This document shows, piece by piece, positions 20,501 through 33,998 of a stretch of 64,000 bases of DNA. The notes below the pieces were generated by a model that was not told the DNA's origin, ran no database searches, and saw only the letters and a list, made by a program, of their open reading frames with translations. Positions within the stretch are counted from its first letter, which is position 1, and each line of letters begins with the position of its first letter. Position numbers and translations under genes: made by a program. Origin of the DNA: an uncultured Acidobacteriota bacterium (GTDB lineage: Bacteria; Acidobacteriota; Vicinamibacteria; Vicinamibacterales; CAVVIG01); contig CAVQFC010000003.1 in assembly GCA_963711765.1 (NCBI GenBank), positions 548,860 through 612,859 of the forward strand. The letters are read 5' to 3'.

Positions 20501-23500
20501 CCGGTAGTCGACACGAACACCAGACCCGTCGGCGTCGGATCGTTCACCACCACGCCCGCGGCGTCGGATGGTCCGGCGCTGGTGACGGTGATCGTGTAGA
20601 TCAGATTGTTCCCGGCGACGATGGACGCCGGTCCCGGTCTTGGTGATCCCCAGGTCGGCGCGCGCCGTGATCGGGTCACTGTCGGTGGCGATCGCCGAGG
20701 TGCGGTTCGCCAGTCCGGCGGGCGGGACCACCTGCGCCGAGTTCACGAGGACGCCGGTCGCCGCGGGATCGACCGTGCCGGTCGCGGTGAAGACAACAGT
20801 CGCGCCGACCGGCACGGTCACGGGTGTGTTGATGCTGCCGCTGCCCGGCGGCGACGCAGGCGCCGCCGGCCGGTGCCGGCACAGGTCCACGTCACGCCGG
20901 TCAGCGTCGCCGGGAACGCGTCGGTGACCGTCGCCCCACTCGCGTCGCTCGGCCCGGTCGGGTTGGTGATCGTGATCGTGTAGGTCGTCGTCTCACCCGC
21001 GATTACCCCGTTGACGCCATTGCTCTTGGTGATGCGCAGATCCGTGACCGCCGCGGCGACCGGCGTGTTGGTGGTCGCGCTGTTGTTGCCCGTGGCCCCG
21101 TCCGGTGTCGCACTCGTCACGGTCGCGGTGTTGGCGATCGGATTGGGCGTCGTGTAACCGGACGGGACTGCGAACGTCGCCGTGATCGTGCGGGTGGCGC
21201 CAGCGGGCACGACGCCGAGCGCGCACGGGAAGGCCGTGGTGCAGGCGCCCGGTGTTCGACACGAACGTCAGGCCGGTCGGCGTGGCATCACCCACTACCA
21301 CGCCCGCGGCGTCGGACGGTCCGCTGTTGGTGACGGTGATCGTGTAGACCACATTCGTCCCCGGCACGGCGGTGGCCGGCCCCGCCTTGGTGATCTGCAG
21401 ATCAGCGGACGGCGTCAGCGTCGCCGAACTGGTCGCCGTGTTGTTCGTGGGATCCCCATCGACGGCGCCGGCCGGCGGCGTGACGGTGGCGGTGTTGACG
21501 AGCAGGCCGGTCGCGTTCGCCGCGATCATGCCGGTCACGGCGAACGTCGCGCGATCACCGGCCTCGAGCGTGACGGTGGTCGCGAGGGTGCCGGTGCCCG
21601 AGGCGGCGGCGCAACTCGATCCGGGATCGGCGGTGCAGGTCCACGCCGGCGCGACGAGCGCGGCCGGAAACACATCGCTCACGCTCGCCGCCGTCACCGG
21701 ACTCGGCCCGAGATTGGTCACCCCGATCGTGTAGGTCGTCGCCTGTCCGGGCACGGTGCTCCCGGTCAGCGTCTTGGTGATCGCCAGGTCGGCGATCGTC
21801 TCCGTGGTCACGGTCACGGTCGCCGAGTTGTCCGTCAGGTCCGGGTCCGGTTGATCGTGGGCGGTGATGGTCGCCGTGTTGGTGACCGTGCCCGCCTGCG
21901 TGACGCGCGCCGTGATCGTCAATCCCGCGCTGCCGGTGTTCGCGATCGACCCGACCGTCCAGACGCCACTCGCCGGGTCGTAGGTGCCTTGCGACGCGGC
22001 CGCCGAGTCGAACGCGAGCCCCGCCGACAACACCTCGGTGAGCGCGACCCCCGTCGCCGGACTCGGACCCTGGTTGTCCACCGTCACGTTGAACGTCAGG
22101 AGCTCCCCGACGTGGGGCGATGATCGCGTGAGCGACTTGGTCACCGTGAGATTGGCGGACTCGGCGGCGTTGAGCGTCACACTCGCCCTGTTGTTGGCGG
22201 GATTCGGATCCAGTTCCGTCTGCTGCGTGATCGTCGCGGTGTGGACCAGGGCGCCAGGCGCCGTGACGGTCGCGACGATCGTGAGCGTGGCTGTGCCGGC
22301 GTTCGCTCAGCGTGCCGATCGTCCACGCGGGCGCCGTGTAGGTGCCCTGCGACGGCGTGGCCTCGACAAACGTCAGACCCGCGGGCAACGCATCGGTGAC
22401 CACCACCCCGGTGGCGGGACTCGGGCCGCTGTTGCTGACCGTCACCGTGAACGTCACGGTGTCGCCCACCGATGGCGCCGCGGTGTCGACGGCGATGTCC
22501 ACACCGACGTCGGCGTTGGCGGTGCCGTTCACGACCGCCGCCGCCGCGTTGTTGCTCGCCACGGGGTCGGGCTGGTCTCGCCCGACGACCAGCGCGCGGT
22601 TGGTGATCGCGCCGGCCACGGTCACGGTCGCCGTGAGCGTCAGCGTCGCGGACTCGGTGTTCAGCAGCGTCCCGATCGTCCACGCCCCGGTCGCCTCGTC
22701 GTAACTGCCCAGCGAAGGTGTGGCCGACCCGAACGCCAGGCCGGCCGGGAGCAGATCCTGGACGACGAGGCCGGTGACACGCGCCGGCCCGTGATTGGTC
22801 ATCACCACCGTGAAGGTCGTCGGCTGGCCCACGAGTACCGTGGCGGGCGAGACACTCTGACTGAGCGCCACATCCGCATCGCGATCGAGCGGCGTCTCGA
22901 CCGCGGCCGTGTTATTCGTCGCGGTGTCATCGGGCGTGGTGGCCGACACGCTGGCGACGTTCACGATCGGGCCGGCGCCGGCATACGTGATCGGCACGGC
23001 GAAGGTCGCGGTGATCGTGCGGGTGGCGCCGGCGGGGACCACGCCGAGGTTGCACGGGAAGGCCGTCGTGCACGCGCCCGGTATTCGAGACGAACGCCAG
23101 GCCGGTCGGCGTGGCATCGTTCACCACCACGCCCGCGGCGTCCGATGGTCCGGTGTTGGTCACCGTGATCGTGTAGATCAGATTGTTGCCCGCGACGATC
23201 GACGCCGGCCCGGTCTTGGTGAGGCCCAGGTCGGCGCGCGCCGTGATGGGGTCGCTGTCGGTGGCGATCGCCGAGGTGCGGTTCGCCAGTCCGGCGGGCG
23301 GGACCACCTGCGCCGAGTTCACGAGGACGCCGGTGGCCGCGGGATCGACCGTGCCGGTGGCGGTGAAGACGACGGTCGCGCCGACCGGCACGGTCACCGG
23401 TGTGTTGATGCTGCCATTCCCGGCGGCGACGCAGGTGCCGCCCCCGGTACCGGCACAGGTCCACGTCACGCCGGTCAGCGTCGCCGGGAACGCGTCGGTG

Positions 23501-26500
23501 ACCGTCGCCCCACTCGCGTCGCTCGGCCCGAGTCGGGTTGGTGATCGGTGATCGTGTAGGTCGTCGTCTCACCCGCGATCACGCCGTTGACGCCGTTGGT
23601 CTTGGTGATATGGAGGTCCGTCACCGCCGCGGCGAGTGACGTGGTCGCCGTCGCGCTGTTGTTGCCTGATGCCGCGTCCGGCGTCGTACTGGAGACCGTC
23701 GCGGTGTTGGCGATCGGATCCGGCGTGGTATAGCCGGACGGGATCGCGAACGTCGCCGTGACGTGCGTGTCGCCCCGGTGGGCACCGTGCCGAGATTGCA
23801 GGGAAACGCCGTCGTGCAGTTCCCGGCGTTCGCGACAAACGTCAGGCCGGACGGGCGTCGGGTCGGCCAGCGTGACGCCGGTCGCATCCGAGGGTCCCGC
23901 ATTGGTGACGGTGATCGTGTAGACGAGAGTGGTGCCGGCCACCGCGTTGGCCGGGCCCGCCTTGGTGATCTGCAGATCGGCGGAGGGCGTCAGCGTCACC
24001 GAACTGGTCGCGGTGTTGTTGGCGAGATCGGGATCGACGGCGCCGGCCGGCGCCGTGACGGTGGCCGTGTTGACCAGCAGGCCGGTCGCGTTCGCCGCGA
24101 TCACGCCGGTCACAGCGAACGTCGCGCGATCGCCGGCCTCGAGCGTGACCGTGGTCGCGAGATTGCCGGTGCCCGAGGCAGCGGCGCAGCTCGATCCCGG
24201 GTCGGCGGTGCAGGTCCACGCCGGCGCGACGAGCGCCACGGGAAACAGATCGCTCACGTTCGCGGCCGTTACCGGACTCGGCCCGAGGTTGGTCACCACG
24301 ATCGAGTAGGTCGTCGCCAGCCCCGGGATCGCCGGGCCCGTCAAGGTCTTGGTGACGGCCAGGTCGGCGATCGTCTCCGTGGTCACGGTCACGGTCGCCG
24401 AGTTGTCCGTCAGGTCCGGGTCCGGTTGATCGTGGGCGGTGATGGTCGCGGTGTTGGTGACCGTGCCCGCCTGCGTGACGCGCGCCGTGATCGTCAACCC
24501 CGCGCTGCCGGTGTTCGCGATCGACCCGACCGTCCAGACGCCACGTCGCCGAGTCGTAGGCGCCTTGCGACGCGGCCGCCGACTCGAACGCGAGCCCCGC
24601 CGACAACACCTCCGTGAGCGCGACGCCGGTCGCCGGACTCGGGCCCTGGTTGGCCACGATCACGTTGAACGTCAGCAGTTCGCCGACGTGCGGCGCCGAG
24701 CGCGTGAGCGCCTTGATCACCTTGAGATTGGCGGACTCGGCCGCGTTGAGCGTCACGCTCGCGCTGTTGTTGGCGCCGTTCGGATCCAGTTCCGTCTGCT
24801 GCGTGATCGTCGCGGTGTGGACCAGGGCGCCGGGCGCCGTCACCGTCGCCACGATCGTCAGCGTGGACGGCGTGGCCCGTCTCGCTGAGCGTGCCGACGG
24901 TCCAGGTGGGCGCGGTGTAGGTGCCCTGCGACGCCGTGGCTTCGACAAACGTGAGACCCGCGGGCAGCGCATCGGTGACGACCACCCCGGTGGCGGGACT
25001 CGGGCCCGCGTTCCCCACCGTCACCGTGAACGTCACGGTGTCGCCCACCGACGGCGCCGGCTGGTCGACGGCCGTGTTCACGCCGACGTCGGCGTTGGCG
25101 GCGCCGTTCACGACCGCCGCGGCCGAGTTGTTGCTCGCCACGGGGTCGGGCTGGTCCTGCGCGACGACGAGCGCACGGTTGGTGATGGCGCCGGCCACGG
25201 TCACGGTCGCCGTGAGCGTCAGCGTCGCGGACTCGGTGTTCTGCAGCGTCCCGATCGTCCACGCCCCGGTCGCCTCGTCGTAACTGCCCAGCGAAGGTGT
25301 GGCCGACCCGAACGCCAGGCCGGCCGGGAGCAGGTCCTGGACGACGAGGCCGGTGACACGCGCCGGCCCGTGATTGGTCACCACCACGGTGAAGGTGGTC
25401 GGCTGGCCGACGAGCACCGCAGCGGGCGAGACACTCTTCGTGATCGCCACGTCCGCATTGCGATCGAGCGGCGTCTCGACGGTGGCCGTATTGTTCGTCG
25501 CGGTGTCATCGGGCGTGGTGGCCGACACGCTGGCGACGTTCACGATCGGGCCGGCGCCGGCATACCCAATCGGCACGGCGAAGGTCGCGGTAATCGTGCG
25601 GGTGGTGTCGGCCGGCACGATGCCAAGCGCGCACGGGAAGGCCGTCGTGCACGCGCCCGGTATTCGACACGAACACCAGGCCGGTCGGCGTGGCATCGTT
25701 CACCACCACGCCCGCGGCGTCCGATGGTCCGGTGTTGGTCACCGTGATCGTGTAGATCAGATTGTTGCCCGCGACGATCGACGCCGGCCCGGTCTTGGTG
25801 AGGCCCAGGTCGGCGCGCGCGGTGATGGGGTCGCTGTCGGTGGCAGTCGCTGAGGTGCGGTTGGTCAGGCCGGCGGGCGGGACCACCTGCGCCGAGTTCA
25901 CGAGGACGCCGGTGGCCGCCGGATTGACCGTGCCGGTCGCGGTGAAGACAACAGTCGCGCCGACCGGCACGGTCACGGGTGTGTTGATGCTGCCATTCCC
26001 GGCGGCGACGCAGGTGCCGCCCCCGGTGCCGGCACAGGTCCACGTCACGCCAGTCAGCGTCGCCGGGAACGCGTCGGTGACCGTCGCCCCACTCGCGTCG
26101 CTCGGCCCGGTCGGGTTGGTGATCGTGATCGTGTAGGTCGTCGTCTCACCCGCGATTACCCCGTTGACGCCATTGCTCTTGGTGATGCGCAGATCCGTGA
26201 CCGCCGCGGCGACCGGCGTGTTGGTCGTCGCGCTGTTGTTGCCTGTGGCCCCGTCCGGTGTCGCACTCGTCACGGTCGCGGTGTTGGCGATCGGATTGGG
26301 CGTCGTGTAACCGGACGGGACTGCGAACGTCGCCGTGATCGTGCGGGTCGCACCGGAGGGTACCGTGCCAAGGTCGCATGGGAAGGTGGTCGTGCAGTTC
26401 CCGGCGTTCGACACGAACGTCAGGCCGGCCGGGGTCGGGTCGGCGAGCGTGACGCCGGTCGCATCCGAGGGTCCCGCATTGGTGACGGTGATCGTGTAGA

Positions 26501-29500
26501 CGAGAGTGGTGCCGGCCACCGCGCTGGCCGGACCCGCCTTGGTGATCTGCAGATCGGCGGACGGCGTCAGCGTCACCGAACTGGTCGCGGTGTTGTTGGT
26601 GAGATCCCCATCGACGGCGCCGGCCGGCGCCGTGACAGTGGCCGTGTTGACGAGCAGGCCGGCGGCGTTTGCGGCGATCGTCCCCGTCACGGCGAACGTC
26701 GCGCGATCGCCGGCCTCGAGTGAGACCGTGGTCGCCAGATTACCGGTGCCCGAGGAAGCGGCGCAGCTTGATCCCGGGTCGGCGGTGCAGGTCCACGCCG
26801 GCGCGACGAGCGCCACGGGAAACACATCGCTCACGCTCGCGGCCGTTACCGGACTCGGCCCGAGGTTGGTCACCACGACCGAGTAGGTCGTCGCCAGCCC
26901 CGGGATCGCCGGGCCCGTCAAGGTCTTGGTGACGGCCAGGTCGGCGATCGTCTCCGTGGTCACGGTCACGGTCGCCGAGTTGTCCGTCAGGTCCGGGTCC
27001 GGTTGATCGTGGGCGGTGATGGTCGCGGTGTTGGTGACCGTGCCCGCCTGCGTGACCCGCGCCGTGATCGTCAACACCGCGCTGCCGGTGTTCGCGATCG
27101 ACCCGACCGTCCAGAGGCCACTCGCCTGGTCGTACGCGCCTTGCGACGGCGCCGCCGAGTCGAACGCGAGCCCCGCCGACAACACCTCGGTGAGCGCGAC
27201 GCCGGTCGCCGGGCTCGGGCCCTGGTTGGTCACAATCACGTTGAACGTCAGGAGTTCGCCGACGTGCGGCGCCGAGCGCGTGAGGGTCTTGACCACCTTC
27301 AGATTGGCGGACTCGGCCGCGTTGAGCGTCACGCTCGCGCTGTTGTTGGCGCCGTTCGGATCCAGTTCCGTCTGCTGCGTGATCGTCGCGGTATGGACCA
27401 GGGCGCCGGGCGCCGTCACCGTCGCCACCAGCGTCAGCGTGGACGGCGTGCCCGTCTCGCTGAGCGTGCCGACGGTCCAGGTGGGCGCGGTGTAGGTGCC
27501 CTGCGACGCCGTGGCTTCGACAAACGTCAGACCCGCGGGCAACGCATCGGTGACGACCACCCCGGTGGCGGGACTCGGGCCCGCGTTCCCCACCGTCACC
27601 GTGAACGTCACGGTGTCGCCGACCGACGGCGCCGGCTGGTCGACGGCCGTGTTCACGCCGACGTCGGCGTTGGCGGTACCGTTCACGACCGCCGCGGCCG
27701 AGTTGTTGCTCGCCACGGGGTCGGGCTGGTCCCGCCCGACGACGATCGCACTGTTGGTGATGGCCCCGGCCACGGTCACGGTCGCCGTGAGCGTCAGCGT
27801 CGCGGACTCGGTGTTCTGCAGCGTCCCGATCGTCCACGCCCCGGTCGCCTCGTCGTAACTGCCCAGCGAGGGCGTGGCCGACCCGAACGCCAGGCCGGCC
27901 GGGAGCAGGTCCTGCACGACGAGGCCGGTGACACGCGCCGGCCCGTGATTGGTCACCACCACCGTGAAGGTGGTCGGCTGGCCGACCAGCACCGACGTTG
28001 GCGAGACAGTTTTCGTGATCGCCACGTCCGCATTGCGATCGAGCGGCGTCTCGACGGTCGCCGTATTGTTCGTCGCGGTGTCATCGGGCGTGGTGGCCGA
28101 CACGCTGGCGACGTTCACGATCGGGCCGGCGCCGGCATACCCAATCGGCACGGCGAAGGTCGCGGTAATTGTGCGGGTGGTGTCGGCCGGCACGATGCCA
28201 AGCGCGCACGGGAAGGCCGTCGTGCAGGCGCCCGTGGTCGAGACGAACACCAGACCCGTCGGCGTCGGATCGTTCACCACGACGCCCGCGGCGTCGGATG
28301 GTCCGGCGCTGGTGACGGTGATCGTGTAGATCAGATTGTTGCCCGCGACGATCGACGCCGGCCCCGTCTTGGTGAGGCCCAGGTCGGCGCGCGCGGTGAT
28401 GGGGTCGCTGTCGGTGGCGCTCGCCGAGGTGCGGTTGGTCAGGCCGGCGGGCGGGACCACCTGCGCCAAGTTGACGAGGACGCCGGTGGCCGCGGGATCG
28501 ACCGTGCCCGTGGCGATGAAGACAACCGTGGCGCCGACTGGCACGGTCACCGTCGTGTTGATAGGACCGCTGCCCGACGGCGGGCACGCGCCGCCGGCCG
28601 TGCCGGTGCAGGTCCATGTGACGCCGGTCAGCGTCGCCGGGAACGTGTCGGTGACTGTCGCGCCATTCGCATCGCTCGGTCCGAGCGGATTGGTGACGGT
28701 GATCGTGTAGCTGGTCGGCAGCCCGGCCACCACGCCGTTGACGCCGTTGGTGTTCGTGATGCGCAGATCGGTGACCGGCGCGGCGACCGGCGTGTTCGTG
28801 GTCGCGCTGTTGTTGGCCGTTGCCCCGTCCGGTGTCGCACTCGACACCGTCGCCGTGTTGGCGATCGGATTGGGCGTCGTATAGCCGGACGGGACCGCGA
28901 AGGTCGCCGTGATCGTGCGGGTGGTACCGGCGGGCACGATGCCGAGGTCGCACGGGAAGACCGTCGTGCAGTTCCCGGCGTTCGACACGAACGTCAGGCC
29001 GGTCGGCGTGGCATCACCCACCACCACGCCCGCGGCGTCGGACGGTCCGCTGTTGGTGACGGTGATCGTGTAGACGACATTGGTCCCCGGCACGGCGGTG
29101 GCCGGCCCCGCCTTGGTGATCTGCAGATCGGCGGAGGGCGTCAGCGTCGCCGAACTGGTCGCCGTGTTGTTCGTGGGATCCCCGTCGACGGCGCCGGCCG
29201 GCGCGCGTGACGGTGGCGGTGTTGACGAGCAGGCCGGTCGCGCTCGCCGCGATCGTGCCGGTCACGGCGAACGTCGCGCGATCGCCGGCCTCGAGCGTGA
29301 CGGTGGTCGCGAGGGTGCCGGCGCCCGAGGCGGCGGCGCAACTCGACCCGGGATCGGCGGTGCACGTCCACGCCGGCGCCACGAGGGCCACCGGAAACAG
29401 ATCGCTCACGCTCGCGGCGATGGCCGGGCTGGGCCCGGCGTTGGTCACCACGATTGTGTAGGTCGTCGCGAGCCCCGGGATCGCCGTGCCGGTCAACGTC

Positions 29501-32500
29501 TTGGTGATTGCCAGATCGGCGATCGTCTCCGTGGTCAGTGTGACGCTCGACGTGTTGTCCGTCAGGTCCGGATCCGGTTGAGCGCCCGTGACGCTCGCGG
29601 TGTTGGTGATCGTGCCGGCCTGCGTGACGCGCGCCGTGAGCGTCAACCCCGCGCTGGCGCCGTTGTCGAGCGAGCCGACCGTCCAGACGCCCGTCGCCTG
29701 GTCGTACGAGCCGTGCGACGGGGACGCCGAGTCGAACACGAGCCCCGCCGACAACACGTCCGTGACCGCGACGCCTGTCGCCGGACTCGGGCCCTGGTTG
29801 GTCACGACGACGTTGAACGTCAGCAGTTCGCCAACGTGCGGCGCCGATCGCGTCAGCGACTTGGTCACCTTGAGGTTGGCGGACGCGGTCCCGTTGAGCG
29901 TCACGCTCGCGCGGTTGTTGTCCGGATTCGAATCCGCTTCGTTCTGCTTCGAAATGGTCGCGGCACTGAACAGGGGGCCGGGCGCCGTGACGTTGGCCAC
30001 GATCGTCAGCGTGACGGGCGGGCCGATCTCACTCAGCGTGCCGATGGTCCAGTCCGGCGCCACGAACGTGCCTTGTGAGGGGGTGCCCGACACCAGTGTG
30101 AGACCCTGGGACAACAGATCGGCGACGACAACCCCGGTCGCGGGGCTTGGGCCTCTGTTGGTCGCCGTCACCGTGAACGTCACGTTCTCGCCCACCAGTG
30201 GTGCCGGCTGGTCGACGGCGATGTCCACACCGACATCGGCGTTCTCGGCAACGTTCAGCACGGCCGAGGAGGAATTGTTGCTGAGCACAGGGTCGGGCTC
30301 GTTGTGTCCCAGGACCTCGGCCAGATTCGTGATCGAATCGACCACGGTCAGGGTGGCGACGAGCGTGAGCGTCGCGAACTCCTCGTCCGCCAACGTCCCG
30401 ACGATCCACAGACCGGTCTCAGGCACGTAACTCCCCTGAGACAAATGGTCCGACACCAAGGTCAGGCCCGCCGGCAACAGGTCCTTGACGACGATACCAG
30501 TGGCGGGCGCGGGACCGTGATTGGTCACCGTCACGAAAAAGGTCGCATCCTCTCCGAGAAGTGACGTGGTGTCCGGCGAGATCTGCTTGATGATCTCCAC
30601 GTCCGCGTTCCGGTTGACCGTCGCCGTCGTCGTCGACGTGTCGTTGCTCCCGTTCGGGTCGACGGTGGACGTCGAGACGCGCGTCGAGCTGACGACGATG
30701 TCAGAGGAGTAAGTGGCGGGCACGGCGTAGGTGACCTGTGGGCTGACTGTCGCCCCCGCCGCAAGCGTCCCGAGGCTGCACGGAAAGGCGGTGCAGGGGC
30801 CGGTCGCGGACACGAACGTCAGCTCCACAGGAACGATATCCTCGAGCAGCACGTCCGCGGCGGCGGATGGCCCGGCGTTGTGCACGGTGATGGCGTAGGT
30901 GATTTGGTTTCCGACCACGACGATTGCGGGGCCTGTCTCGGTCACCGACACGTCGGCCCGGAGTTCAACCGGATCGCTGTCCGTGGCGACTGCAGGCGTG
31001 GGATCCGACGTGCCGGCTGCAGGGATGACCCGCGCCGTGTTCCCGAGCGTACCGGTGAAGGCAGGGTCGATGGTTCCCGTGGCCATGAACGTCGCTGTGC
31101 CGGTAACGGGAACCGTCACGGTTGCATTGATGTTGCCCGTTCCTCCTGCGATTCCACAGACTGCGCCGCCGGTGCCCGCACAAGTCCAGGTGACTCCGGT
31201 CAAACCGACGGGGAACAAGTCGGTGACGACGGCATTGGTAGCCGTACTCGGCCCTGCGTTCGTGACGGTGATCGTGTAGGTCGTTGTCGTGCCAACGACA
31301 ACGCTCGACACGCCATTCGTGTTCGTGATCATCAAGTCGGCAACCGGCGCACCGATGGCCGTCGACGCCGACGCCGAGTTGTTGTCGGGGAGGGGGTCCT
31401 GCGACGTCGTCGTCACCGTCGCCGTGTTCAGGATGATATTGCCGAGCGAGTAGTTCGCAGGGATGAAATAGGTCACCAACACTGTGCGCGTCTCGCCGTT
31501 TGCCAGGGAGCCCAGACTGCACGGCAGGGTCGTACAGGCGCCGGTCACGGACACCAGCGTCAAGCCCGGTGGCGTGGGATCGGTCAGCGACACCGCGTTG
31601 GCCGCCGCGGGCCCGGCATTCAGCACCGTGACCGTGTAGGTGATGTTCGTGCCAGCGATCGCCGTCACGGGTCCCGTCTTGCTTACCGACAGATCGGCAA
31701 AAGTGCCGATCGGCGTCGTCACCGAGACCGGAAAAGACGGAAGCGCTCCGAATAGTCCATCGGGGTCAATCGTTGCGGTGTTCACAACGGAGGTCGTCGT
31801 CGACGAATTGACTCTCACCCGAAACCTGACGACCGCGGACTCGCCAGGCCGGACGACGCCGGATGAGGCCGAAGGACTGTTCACGAACATGCCGATGACG
31901 AGTTGCGAGGTTCCGAACAGGTCGGCGACCGTGTTTCCGTTGAGCGTCGTCGAATTCGGCTGATACGTTGCACCGGCTGGAATGGCGTCCCTGACCAACG
32001 TGTTCCTGCTCGCCGCCGTGCCGGAGTTCGAGATCGTGATGGTGTAGGTCAGGATCTCTTCCGGCCGAATCGATGGTGCGGAAGCTGATTTGGTGGCGGT
32101 GATGCGTGCGATTTCTGTGTTCACCGTGTTCGACGTGAAGGCGCCCGACTGCGGTGTCTGGCCCGCGCACCCGACGAACGTGTACGTCCACGTCGGCGTG
32201 ACCTGGTATCGAGCGGGCGCCGGCGCAGCTGGAATGGCATCGACACGAAGCTGGAACGTCACCTCGCGACGCGCGTTTACGGCCACGGTGCCAACGGCGG
32301 CGCCGGTGATGGGGTTGGCGCCGGTCGGCGTGCCGTCGAGAGTGAAGCTGCCGGCGACGAATGACATCCCGGCGGGGAGAGGCACGGTCAGGACGACGTT
32401 GTTGGCACTCGTGAGGCCGGACCTGTTGTCCAGTTCGACGGTGTACGTGAGAACGTCGCCGACCTCCGCCGTCGAGCGATTGACGCTTGTCTGGTTGCGG

Positions 32501-33714
32501 GTGTCCCAGAACCCCGGCGCGGCGACATCGATCTGCATCGCCAGCGCGTTGATCAAGAAATCGTCAGCGTCCGCAGTTCCCTGCGCGAAGGCGGTCCGCT
32601 GCCTCTGGCGCAGCTGCGCCGAGGCATCGACGTTGGTGATATCCCAGCCCTGGCGGCCACCGACAGTCCGACCGGCGAAGTCGTTGTTGTCGCGGCCGAA
32701 TGTCCCGCTCGTGTCCAGCCTGCCATCGTCGCCGTTGATCTGCGATGCGAAGAAGTTCTCCGCCGGGTTGTTGGGTCCAGACAGGCGGAAGTTATCCTGA
32801 TTGAGGTTGCTGGAGGGGCCGAATCGAAGGGAATCGCGGGTGTCGCCGGGGTCGGGGGTGTCGCCCCCGCTCGCGCTCACGGCCACGCGCGCCCGCAGCT
32901 TATTGTCGCTATCCGGCGTGCAGATGCCGGATAACGAGGCGGTTGCGCCGCCCTGTGGTTCGAGGCCGAGGAACAGCGAGAGGCTGCGGATAGGGAGGTC
33001 GGACTTTTCGTAGAGAATGGCCAGCGTCCAGCCAGCGGCGTTGAAATTCGCTTCGCTGGTCGCCTGCGTCGCGGGAACGCGACCAACCGTGTACGTGACG
33101 GGGACGGGGTCCGTGCCGTTGAGCGAGGCGTTGAACGTAGCGCTGACGAGGGCCGTGACGTCCGCCGTACGAACGTAGTAGTTCTGCTGGGGACCGGATC
33201 GCGTGACGGCGGTCGTTGGATCGCGCGTCACCTCGATTGTTCCGGTCGGTGTGGTGAAGTTGATCGGATCGTCCAGGAAGGCGGAAACGTCTTCTCCGCC
33301 GAACAGATAGGAACCTCCCCAGATCAGCTCCGCGTGGATGACGCGGCTCCCCGACGGAAGTTTGGCAACTGCCGAGGAGCTGTTCAAGCGCCAGTCACCG
33401 GTTGTGCCGGGCGGCCACGACGGATTCTTCTGCAGACTCGTATCGGTGGTGATGAACGCGCCGATGCTTCCTGATGTTCCGGGTCTGTCGTTCGTGCCGT
33501 CCTTATTGAGGCCGAGGGAGTTGCCGACGAAGGTGACGGCGCCGTTCGTCGTCACGACCTGGCGCTGCACGTACCCCGTTGGCCCGGTTTGCGCGGCGAC
33601 CGCGTCCCACAGAAAAAGGATCGTGGCGAAGGGAAGGCAGACGAACACCCACCGGCGGAAGAGGGTTCCTCCGTGCCAAGTCGGTTTACTCCCGGCTGAT
33701 TCGTGACGCCGCAT
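14525..33714 (-). CDS. Giant secreted DUF11 (TIGR01451-type) repeat protein of ~6,400 aa with C-terminal FG-GAP-like repeats; broken by many single-base insertions
   Basis: Consecutive minus-strand ORFs join into one protein. It has a signal peptide, an N-terminal globular domain, ~46 modules of ADL.ITK...YTITVTN.GPS.A..V.V.D..P.GLTF...NN.A, and six DVxGDG..D/EIIT repeats. Confidence 0.88.
18080..30260. repeat. Tandem super-repeat of ~2,574 bp (858 aa, 7 DUF11 modules); 4+ near-identical copies with diverged flanking copies
   Basis: Anchor ctgcagatc at 18820, 21395, 23970, 26547 and 29121 (spacings 2575, 2575, 2577, 2574); boundaries approximate. Confidence 0.92.
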
Positions 33715-33998
33715 CAGCCGATTCCACGGTGGGAGCACGTACCGTGAGTATTGGTGCGCAAGGTGTCTGAAGACCCCTCGATCGTTTCCCTCAACGATCC
33801 TGGGCATTCGCTGTCGAAGGGGCCGGCGCCAGCGAGCGTGCTGAGTCTAAGATGTCGCGGTGCCCCCGAGCAAGTTCGATGCCTGCCGAGGAGTTGCGAA
33901 ATCGGGCGGGATTGGTGCGAACGGCCACGCAGGGCCAGAGAGGGCCCACGATATGTCGTGGCTCTATCGAGTGGATCACGGTCCACAGCGGGAGCGGA

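Noticed and set aside
18080-30260. CRISPR array or diversity-generating retroelement
   Set aside because: The repeats are kilobase-scale coding units without spacers; no cas or reverse transcriptase gene is present.
14378-33706. Long plus-strand and alternate-frame ORFs over the giant gene
   Set aside because: These are shadow ORFs from high GC and repetitive coding sequence; they are Arg/Gly-rich with no recognisable motifs.
33720-33995. Riboswitch upstream of the giant gene
   Set aside because: One hairpin (GATCGTT/AACGATC) is visible, but I could not match any known riboswitch consensus; an Rfam scan would be needed.
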